Origin: a virus | Taxonomy: Duplodnaviria > Caudoviricetes | Virus record (IMG/VR): IMGVR_UViG_3300032216_000051 | Location: 1-35,431 of that record | DNA: 35,431 nucleotides | Reading direction: 5' to 3' (one strand) | In this document: positions 26,409 through 32,746 of the stretch, piece after piece | Layout: each line of letters opens with the position of its first letter | Position numbering within the stretch: the first letter of the stretch is position 1 | Program-made: the position numbers and the translations under genes | Notes under the pieces: generated by a model | Database searches by the model: none | Told to the model about the DNA's origin: nothing | Seen by the model: the letters and a program-made list of their open reading frames with translations, nothing else

Positions 26409-26761
26409 AGATAACTCCAGAAGCCGTGCGCCATCTTTATTCTAGTTTAATGGTGACATACCCATTTACTAAATGGCCAATGCCTTTGCCAGAAGCCGTT
26501 GATTTTCAAATTTTAAATGATGTAGAACTTATGGGTAGCTATCTTTTTGATAGTGGAGAAGATGATTATGAACACACCATAACAATCTCATCAGCTAGAT
26601 GTGCTTTCTTCTCAACCCTTCTAGCAACTTTAGCGCATGAAATGATACATTGCAGCTTTCATAAGCAAAAAGGCGATAAGTGGTTACAACATGGAAAAGC
26701 ATTTAGAACAAGGTGTAAATTGGTTGGTAATGAACTTGGTTTAGACCCGCTTGAGCTTTAA
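26405..26761 (+). CDS. SprT-like zinc metalloprotease domain protein
   Basis: TLAHEMIH..HGKAF; ATGA-coupled to the phosphoesterase. Confidence 0.8.
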   Translation: MKITPEAVRHLYSSLMVTYPFTKWPMPLPEAVDFQILNDVELMGSYLFDSGEDDYEHTITISSARCAFFSTLLATLAHEMIHCSFHKQKGDKWLQHGKAFRTRCKLVGNELGLDPLEL

Positions 26762-27033
26762 ACTCCCAAGCTCTCTTTGACTTTCTGTAGTAACGCCTCC
26801 TCTGTGGTATTGAATTTTCTTTCAAAAGCCTTTCTACCCATTCCGTGAACACCATTGTTTCCTCGGTGATGTTCAGGACAGAGGGGGATAATGGGGCTTG
26901 TAGCACGGACACCAGCCCTTCTAATGTGGTGAATTTCGGCAGGGCTACCTTCATACCCAAGCACGGTACTGCACAATATACAACCGAGTCTGGCAACTCT
27001 TGCCATATGGTTTTTTTCATTTTTTGTAGCCAT
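26758..27033 (-). CDS. Ref/DUF968-like zinc-binding HNH nuclease
   Basis: LGCILC..AEIHHIR..IPLCPEHH..GVH. Confidence 0.8.
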   Translation of the reverse strand: MATKNEKNHMARVARLGCILCSTVLGYEGSPAEIHHIRRAGVRATSPIIPLCPEHHRGNNGVHGMGRKAFERKFNTTEEALLQKVKESLGV

Positions 27034-27394
27034 CAGCTAATGTATACCAATCTCTATAAAACTGTTTAAAAGAGTCAAATCCTATTCCAGTCTTAACGGG
27101 TGTACCATCGGGTGTTAGTAGCCAAAATGAATCAATTACAGTTTGAGTATCTGTATTACCATAGATAATAACCACCATAAAGCTAGGCTTAGAAGCAAGT
27201 GCTTGAAGCATAATTCTTTGTCCATTACTTACTTTCTCGCCTGGGCGTTTCCATTCAAGTATTAAAAATTGACCATTGCGTTCTAATATGCCGTCTACAT
27301 TGCTTGGAACTAAATTAGGATTATCAGGTATTAGACCTTTAAAATCCGAATAGTCCGTGTGCGTAGCAAACATATTACGCATTAGTTTAGCCAA
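27017..27394 (-). CDS. PD-(D/E)XK-like nuclease fold protein
   Basis: NVDGILE..FLILEWK..SNGQ; start is either TTG 27394 or ATG 27382. Confidence 0.65.
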   Translation of the reverse strand: MAKLMRNMFATHTDYSDFKGLIPDNPNLVPSNVDGILERNGQFLILEWKRPGEKVSNGQRIMLQALASKPSFMVVIIYGNTDTQTVIDSFWLLTPDGTPVKTGIGFDSFKQFYRDWYTLADGYKK

Positions 27395-27558
27395 GACTTT
27401 TTAACCTCCCTAAGAGTCGCTATTTCTAATCTAATAGATTCTTCTGAAATACTTGTAGCGTGTTTCATTGCTTTTTCAAAATCACCTTTAAGGGTAGCGT
27501 TATGGTAAGACTTTATTAATCGTTGAAGTTTTAAATAGTTTGTGGAATAGTCTGTCAC
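27382..27558 (-). CDS. 58-aa hypothetical protein not in the ORF track
   Basis: MTDYSTNYLKLQRLIKSYHNATLKGDFEKAMKHA...; GTGA overlap with the upstream gene; fills the gap. Confidence 0.75.
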   Translation of the reverse strand: MTDYSTNYLKLQRLIKSYHNATLKGDFEKAMKHATSISEESIRLEIATLREVKKSWLN

Positions 27559-27884
27559 TTAGTTAATCTTTCTATATTTCTGTTGCTGGCTTCTTCTGTG
27601 CGCCATGCTTCAAATCTCATTTTAGCTGCTTCTAATTGCCAGCGTAGGGCTTCTGCTTCTTCTGTCGCCAATCCAATGGCCTCACATAACTCTTGGTAAG
27701 CCTGTGACGAATACGCATCCATTTCTTTGCCCCCAATCGTTGTTGCCGATGACTTAGACATTTCAATAGCTTTAAGACTGTGTTTAAATGCCTCGAATTG
27801 AGCGAGATTACCTTTCGCCTTTGCGTAATGCGGTGCGTTTTTAAAGATAAACTCGATAGCGTCATTAGGGTCATAGCCTTTCAT
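27555..27884 (-). CDS. Helical hypothetical phage protein
   Basis: 109 aa coiled coil, AYSSQAY..LRWQLEAA..WRTEEASNR; in operon. Confidence 0.75.
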   Translation of the reverse strand: MKGYDPNDAIEFIFKNAPHYAKAKGNLAQFEAFKHSLKAIEMSKSSATTIGGKEMDAYSSQAYQELCEAIGLATEEAEALRWQLEAAKMRFEAWRTEEASNRNIERLTK

Positions 27885-28438
27885 ATAGCAATTATTTCAC
27901 CTTGTTTGGGTAGTATCATTCCAAAATCATTTGCAAAAAGGCTGTTTGTTTGATAACGATATACATTAATTACACGCTTGCTAGTTTGTTTCCAAGTGTT
28001 TTTGTGGCTGATTCCAAATCTTTCTCCAACTTTTTGCCAACCCATTCTTCCCCAAAAAAAATTACTTGGTAAATCATCAGCACAACCACAAGCAAAGTCC
28101 TCAATACCGCGCAAATTACCGTGACTTATTGCAGCAGATAACAACGCTTGGCCTCTTTCAATTAACCTGGCATCTTCTTGTATACAAATTTGATTACATT
28201 TTGCTGGATTTCCATAAGAAAACATTACAAAACCTACAAGGTCTTTATTTTCTTCGCAAACAAACAATTTATCATTACAAGTTAAACTCCATCTTTTGCC
28301 AGTTTTAATTCCTGTAATTGCTGCTGTATAAGCCATTTTAGGAATAAAACCCAAACAAAAAGATTCTTTTTTTGACAAAGAAACAATGTATGGCACATCT
28401 TCTTCTTTTGCCAACCTAATCACTTTAGGTTCATCCAT
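27881..28438 (-). CDS. GNAT family acetyltransferase
   Basis: IRLAKEED, LVGFV, QEDARLIERGQALL, SNFFWGRMGW; likely start MDEPK at 28438. Confidence 0.78.
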   Translation of the reverse strand: MDEPKVIRLAKEEDVPYIVSLSKKESFCLGFIPKMAYTAAITGIKTGKRWSLTCNDKLFVCEENKDLVGFVMFSYGNPAKCNQICIQEDARLIERGQALLSAAISHGNLRGIEDFACGCADDLPSNFFWGRMGWQKVGERFGISHKNTWKQTSKRVINVYRYQTNSLFANDFGMILPKQGEIIAI

Positions 28439-28569
28439 AAACCTATTTGAGCCGCAGCATAACCAAGCCAAATAAAAGCATTACTTGCTGAGCCTTTAAA
28501 GTATTGTGCAAGGCCGACTACAAGGTAACCTAAGCCTGTAGCAGCTACAATGATTTTTTCTATTTCCAT
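28420..28569 (-). CDS. 49-aa two-TM membrane protein not in the ORF track
   Basis: MEIEKIIVAATGLGYLVVGLAQYFKGSASNAFIWLGYAAAQIGLWMNLK; AGGGGA RBS. Confidence 0.8.
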   Translation of the reverse strand: MEIEKIIVAATGLGYLVVGLAQYFKGSASNAFIWLGYAAAQIGLWMNLK

Positions 28570-28733
28570 TCTGTTCCCCTATTTCCCTTTGCGTATTGGT
28601 CTACAAAATCGTTTAAATATTGATGCAAATTTGGTGATTTAGCAATGTATTCCCTAAACTTTTTTAATCCCCATTTGTGCCTGTATATACATAACTGTCT
28701 TACTGCACACTCATGTTTAGCTTGTTCATACAT
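28560..28733 (-). CDS. 57-aa hypothetical protein not in the ORF track
   Basis: MYEQAKHECAVRQLCIYRHKWG...QYAKGNRGTEWK; fills the gap after the replication protein. Confidence 0.72.
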   Translation of the reverse strand: MYEQAKHECAVRQLCIYRHKWGLKKFREYIAKSPNLHQYLNDFVDQYAKGNRGTEWK

Positions 28734-29071
28734 TTGCGTTTAAGACTATCGTATGAATCGTAACCTGTCCCAAGAAGTCCAAGTTCTCTAGCTTTAGCTT
28801 CAATACCTTCATTGCTAAACATCCACTTTTTATCAATCTTTTCTTTCTTGGGTTCTATTACTATTTCATCCTCATAACGCTCACCATTTAACCAAGTGGC
28901 CGCATAAGGTATAAATTCTAATTCAGTTTCTTTTGCTTTCCAGTATTGGCAATGTGTATCAATAGCTTTTGCAGCCATAAGTTGTTGTTCTGCGGACAAT
29001 TTTGCCCAGGCTTTTCTTGCAGTTGCTTTAGCAATTTTTCGTGGATATAAAGACCAGAATTCATCAAACAT
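28700..29071 (-). CDS. Replication-initiator C-terminal-type domain protein (no N-terminal HTH)
   Basis: Begins directly at FDEFWSLYPRK..KATARKAW..FIPYAATWLNGERYEDE; GAGGGAG RBS. Confidence 0.75.
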   Translation of the reverse strand: MFDEFWSLYPRKIAKATARKAWAKLSAEQQLMAAKAIDTHCQYWKAKETELEFIPYAATWLNGERYEDEIVIEPKKEKIDKKWMFSNEGIEAKARELGLLGTGYDSYDSLKRKCMNKLNMSVQ

Positions 29072-29339
29072 TCTCCCTCGCTTTCATCATTGCGTCAGCA
29101 AATTTATAAGCAGTATTAGCAATCAATTCTTGATAATGTTTATCTGCTTGAAAATTGCTAGTTTTATAAGTGTCATCATTTTCTTCGCTTGAATGAAAAT
29201 TTTCCCAAACTTTAAAAGCCAATGGTAACGATTTTCCAGCAAAATAATCTCGCAAATCCATCCCTCTATCTAAAGGATTATCAATCCAATGGTGTGGTTC
29301 ACTTGCATCAATCGGATATTTTTGTGGATATGCTTTCAT
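29064..29339 (-). CDS. Lambdoid-type hypothetical protein
   Basis: GMDLRDYFAG..AYKFADAMMKARE motif. Confidence 0.8.
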   Translation of the reverse strand: MKAYPQKYPIDASEPHHWIDNPLDRGMDLRDYFAGKSLPLAFKVWENFHSSEENDDTYKTSNFQADKHYQELIANTAYKFADAMMKARENV

Positions 29340-29647
29340 TGTAAAACCCTCGGACTGCTTGGTGTTGGTGGGCTTGGTGGCACTATGTAACTAGGTGTTC
29401 CAACTACGCTTGTGGTGTAACCATTTGGTGTTGTTATAACAATTTGGTTTGGATAAATCGTAGCAGTCTGTGTGGTATATCCCATAGGGTTTACAAACTG
29501 TGCAGTATTGCCGTTAATTTGCACAGTACCCTGACTGTAACCTTGTGGTGTAGTTAATTGAAATGTTTGAGCTTTGGCTGGTACACCATATGCAAACATC
29601 CCACCAAGTAAAGCACCTAATAAACAACTACCTATAAAGTCTTTCAT
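29336..29647 (-). CDS. Exported beta-repeat protein with signal peptide
   Basis: Hydrophobic leader ending AKA/Q; three (T/N)PxGY repeats; Pro-rich tail; AAAGGGGA RBS. Confidence 0.72.
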   Translation of the reverse strand: MKDFIGSCLLGALLGGMFAYGVPAKAQTFQLTTPQGYSQGTVQINGNTAQFVNPMGYTTQTATIYPNQIVITTPNGYTTSVVGTPSYIVPPSPPTPSSPRVLQ

Positions 29648-29738
29648 TTAATTCCCCTTTAGTTAAACAACAATTACAGTTTAAACATCCTACAAGCTAA
29701 GTCCATACTCCAAAACCCTAATGTTGCAAAAAAACAAT

Positions 29739-29922
29739 AGAACGACCAACGACACAAGTGTCGGTTTAATTGCGTGATGTATTGAGTAACGACTCTATCT
29801 AAGCTGGCGCAATCCAGTAATTAAGGCTATCGCAGGTGTCGACCCTCGCTCCACTCTACCTATTAGTGGCCTCTAGCCCATCTAGCATTTTTATAACGCC
29901 CAGAGCATTTAGGGCGGTCAAG
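29739..29922 (-). ncRNA. Candidate ~185-nt structured RNA domain
   Basis: At least six stems within a terminal UGACC/GGUCG pairing; possible pseudoknot; GC-richer than flanks; no credible ORF. Confidence 0.5.
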
Positions 29923-29925
29923 AAT

Positions 29926-30099
29926 AAGAAAACCCCAATAATCTTAGGAGGGGTATGTCCCTTGGCATGGGCAACTACAGACAAATCCTCAAAGCGGTTT
30001 CTCGCTATCTGTCTATAACTACACATACCCCGCCTAAAAATACTGGGGTTGTTACGCCTTGAGGTTTGTCTGAGATGCCACTCTCGACAATTAATTATA
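29926..30099 (-). ncRNA. Antisense/attenuator-type RNA switch (C4/CI-RNA-like architecture)
   Basis: About 28-bp stem 29931-58/30023-50 with G-U pairs on the minus strand; internal segments complementary to the leader 30055-30080; TATAAT at 30099-30094. Confidence 0.65.
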
Positions 30100-30101
30100 C
30101 A

Positions 30102-30380
30102 TCAATCTAAATCTGTGTTCTTTCCGAATGTGTTGCATTTTGGCAACAAATCAGGCCATACAAATAATGCCAGCTTTGGAAACATATCTTGGCGGGTGAC
30201 TAAACCATTAGATTGCTTTTCAATTTCAGCAGCTAAAAATACCAATCTATTTAATGGTATGCCATTGACTTTCCATTGATTTACGGCTGCTTGGTCAATT
30301 TTAAAGATGTTTGAAACGGCTTTAGCGCCCCCCAAAAGGCCAATCATCTGTGAGTCTGTAAGTGCTAATGTTGTTTTCAT
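30102..30380 (-). CDS. cro: Cro/YdaS-like HTH regulator
   Basis: LGGAKAVSNIFKIDQAAVNQW HTH; IEKQSNGLVTRQDMFP..VWPDL tail. Confidence 0.85.
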   Translation of the reverse strand: MKTTLALTDSQMIGLLGGAKAVSNIFKIDQAAVNQWKVNGIPLNRLVFLAAEIEKQSNGLVTRQDMFPKLALFVWPDLLPKCNTFGKNTDLD

Positions 30381-30490
30381 GCGTCAATCTTACATAGAAA
30401 TAATATATTTTACAAGGCTATTGCAAAACTTTATAAGTTGGCTTATAGTGTAGTTATAGCAATTTTGCTATGCCATTCAAGGGGATTTAA
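30381..30490. promoter_or_regulatory. Divergent sigma70 promoters with palindromic operator
   Basis: Leftward TTGTAA-17-TAAGAT ending 6 nt before the cro ATG; rightward TTGCAA-17-TATAGT (30421-30449); TATAAG-ttgg-CTTATA at 30432-47; hairpin ATAGC/GCTAT 30456-71. Confidence 0.75.
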
Positions 30491-30724
30491 ATGGGTGAAT
30501 TACACAAATTAATGTTAGAACACGAAGAATTTTTAGAGTCAGCACTTGACGATATGGAGTACGGTGGCGAACTTACACAAGACCAAGTTGATTGCATACG
30601 CCAAGCCTGTGGCAAACCTAACCGCCATAAAAAGAATCCAGTATTGACAGATTTATTTAAAGATTTTGATGCAATTTTTGGCAATCCATTAGCTTCTTTT
30701 CCATCAATTAGAGGTGAAAAATGA
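30491..30724 (+). CDS. Hypothetical early protein
   Basis: 77 aa, AAGGGGA RBS, first gene of the rightward operon. Confidence 0.8.
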   Translation: MGELHKLMLEHEEFLESALDDMEYGGELTQDQVDCIRQACGKPNRHKKNPVLTDLFKDFDAIFGNPLASFPSIRGEK

Positions 30725-31149
30725 ATCAATCAGAAAGCATTGCGAATTTAACATTAGCATTATCTATCGTACAAGGAAAAATGACTCATGCGGTTAAAGA
30801 CTCTGCTAATCCTTTCTTTAAGTCTAAGTACGCTGACCTTGAGTCTGTTTGGGATGCTTGCCGTAGCCTTCTTTCTGAAAATGGGTTGGCGGTTATGCAA
30901 TTCCCTGGGGAATATTACGATGGGGCTATGCGTTTAACTACCATTATTTCGCATAAATCAGGCGAATTTATTAGTCAAGAAATGTCTGTGCCTGTAAGTA
31001 AACCCGACAGCCAAGGTTGCGGTAGCTGCTTGAGTTACATGAGGCGCTATTCTTTAGCTGCGGTGGTAGGGGTGGTTCAAAGTGACGATGATGGCAACGC
31101 AGCAAGCAATAAAGTTAATCAACCAGTAGTAAAAGCAAAGGAAATTTAA
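30721..31149 (+). CDS. erf: ERF-family single-strand annealing protein
   Basis: NPFFKSKYADL..HKSGEF..QGCGSCLSYMRRYSLAAVVGV..DDDG. Confidence 0.93.
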   Translation: MNQSESIANLTLALSIVQGKMTHAVKDSANPFFKSKYADLESVWDACRSLLSENGLAVMQFPGEYYDGAMRLTTIISHKSGEFISQEMSVPVSKPDSQGCGSCLSYMRRYSLAAVVGVVQSDDDGNAASNKVNQPVVKAKEI

Positions 31150-31150
31150 G

Positions 31151-31411
31151 ATGGCCTATGAAATGAAGGAAGGCTCTGGAAGCCTGTTTAAAAACTCACG
31201 AAAAACAAGTGAGTCACACCCCGATTTTACTGGGTCAATAATGATTAATGGCAAGGAACATTGGCTTAGTGCATGGGTAAAAGAATCACCCAAAGCTGGC
31301 AAATTCTTTAGCGTTTCTGTAGGCAAAGTTAAAGAGCCTATGGGGTTTAAACCTAAAGGTAGTGATGAATTGCCTAAAAACGCATTTGATGACGATACAA
31401 CACCTTTTTAG
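31151..31411 (+). CDS. Small ssDNA-binding-like protein
   Basis: GSLFKN..HPDFTGSI..LSAW; acidic C-terminal DDDTTPF typical of SSB tails. Confidence 0.72.
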   Translation: MAYEMKEGSGSLFKNSRKTSESHPDFTGSIMINGKEHWLSAWVKESPKAGKFFSVSVGKVKEPMGFKPKGSDELPKNAFDDDTTPF

Positions 31412-31420
31412 GAGATAGCC

Positions 31421-31618
31421 ATGCTGAGTCACATTAAAGATGTTATTGGCGAAAAAGCCATTATTACTATGGAAGCCTATGGAGTTGATGAAGAAAGGCG
31501 TTTAATTTCTTTTGAACCTATGGATTTAGAGTTAATACTCAAAGATGTGATTCAGGTATGCGCTGATATGTGCATTGGTGAAACAGATAGAGAAGCTATA
31601 CTAGAATTGCTTAAATAA
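31421..31618 (+). CDS. Hypothetical protein
   Basis: 65 aa, AGGAG RBS. Confidence 0.75.
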   Translation: MLSHIKDVIGEKAIITMEAYGVDEERRLISFEPMDLELILKDVIQVCADMCIGETDREAILELLK

Positions 31619-31640
31619 CGCAGTAAAAAAGGGGAAAAAC

Positions 31641-32387
31641 ATGAGTCAACATTGGTATGATGCCGTAACAGGCGCACCGAGATATACAACGATTGGCAAG
31701 AATGGAAAGGAACGCAATACTACTTTGCGTGACGCTAAAGCAGCACCAGGTACATTAGTACCATCAGTTAGCACAATTAATGGTCAGCTATCTAAAGATG
31801 GCCTTCAGTCGTGGTTACAAGGCGAGGCTATTAAAGCCTGTATGGAAAACCCACGACAAGATGGTGAAGATGAGAAACAATATATTGCTCGTTGCATGGA
31901 ACTGGCAAAGAAAAAATCCCAAGAAGCAATGACTAGAGGTACTACTATCCATGATTGGATAGAGAGCTACTACAACAACGAATTTATACCTGAGTCACCA
32001 CCCTATGTCACTATCGTAGATAAGGCTATAACGGCTCATTTTGGGGCGCAGCTATGGATTCCTGAACAGTCTTTAGTCAATCAAGAAGGTTATGGCGGAA
32101 AATGCGATTTATATTGCAAGCCAAGACATGACTTTAGCGGGATAGTAATTGACTTTAAAACCACGGAAAAATCCCCTGGTGAACAAACACCCTACCTAGA
32201 GCATACACTACAGTTAGCGGCCTATAGAGAGGTTTTAGCCCCATCTGCAAGATGCGCTAATGTATATATCAATGGTACTACCAATGAAGTGGCTATCTAC
32301 GAACATAAAGAACAAGATTTAAAAGATGCTTATGAAATGTTCTTGTGTTTGTTGCGTATTTACAAACTTAAAACTGGGTTAAACTAA
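31641..32387 (+). CDS. PD-(D/E)XK recombination exonuclease
   Basis: PSVSTI, RGTTIH, YGGKCDL, IDFKT, QLAAY motifs; next to ERF and SSB-like genes. Confidence 0.9.
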   Translation: MSQHWYDAVTGAPRYTTIGKNGKERNTTLRDAKAAPGTLVPSVSTINGQLSKDGLQSWLQGEAIKACMENPRQDGEDEKQYIARCMELAKKKSQEAMTRGTTIHDWIESYYNNEFIPESPPYVTIVDKAITAHFGAQLWIPEQSLVNQEGYGGKCDLYCKPRHDFSGIVIDFKTTEKSPGEQTPYLEHTLQLAAYREVLAPSARCANVYINGTTNEVAIYEHKEQDLKDAYEMFLCLLRIYKLKTGLN

Positions 32388-32392
32388 TCAAC

Positions 32393-32450
32393 GGGGGCGA
32401 GGCGTATCCCCTTTCGCCTACCATGTCTGTCCGTGCAGACCGCCCCCACC
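32393..32450 (+). ncRNA. Candidate tRNA-like small RNA (acceptor plus T-arm mimic, anti-SD loop)
   Basis: GGGGGCG/CGCCCCC + ACC; AGGCG/CGCCT with loop TATCCCCTTT; GTCTG/CAGAC. Confidence 0.65.
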
Positions 32451-32456
32451 TTACAA

Positions 32457-32568
32457 TGACCGAAAGCAACCTTTGTGCATTTGCACGGGTTACCTTTCCT
32501 AACCGCCATTGGCGTACCCTGTTCGGCAGACAACTGTGGGCGTGGATACTGGTTGTGAGTAGGTCACC
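32457..32568 (+). ncRNA. Candidate multibranch small RNA with loop-E-like motif
   Basis: GACC/GGTC + ACC; GAAA/GAGTA internal loop; GCAACC/GGTTGT; four internal hairpins. Confidence 0.6.
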
Positions 32569-32574
32569 TTATTT

Positions 32575-32660
32575 GGGCGTTAAGCCGCCAATGTAGGATG
32601 CAGTAATTGGGTAATTTTGCGGCTTTCTGACCCATTGATAGCAACTGCCAAATACAGCCT
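32575..32660 (+). ncRNA. Candidate pseudoknotted small RNA
   Basis: Nested stems GGGC/GCCT, TGTA/TACA, GCAGT/ACTGC, TGGGT/ACCCA; AAGCCGC (32582-88) complementary to loop GCGGCTT (32619-25). Confidence 0.6.
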
Positions 32661-32746
32661 TGCTACCTATAAGTATTGATTGCGTATACATATTGATACT
32701 TTTAGGTATCGATTGCGTGTACATATTGATACCTTTGGGTATCAAT
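32659..32746. repeat. 33-bp-period tandem repeats carrying the palindrome ATTGATAC-N6-GTATCRAT
   Basis: Units 32678-32710 and 32711-32743; degenerate copies at 32659-80 and 33113-33132. Confidence 0.85.

Noticed and set aside
29836-30279. Plus-strand ORFs 29836..30018 and 30049..30279
   Set aside because: Non-ATG starts without RBS, no motifs, and they overlap RNA stems and cro in antisense
32393-32450. Canonical tRNA gene
   Set aside because: Only 58 nt, no D arm or 7-nt anticodon loop, and the T-loop is TCCGTG rather than TTCRANY; kept as tRNA-like only
32659-32746. Mini CRISPR array
   Set aside because: Units are contiguous tandem repeats without unique spacers and no cas genes are seen; the neighbouring nuclease fits an ERF-associated exonuclease
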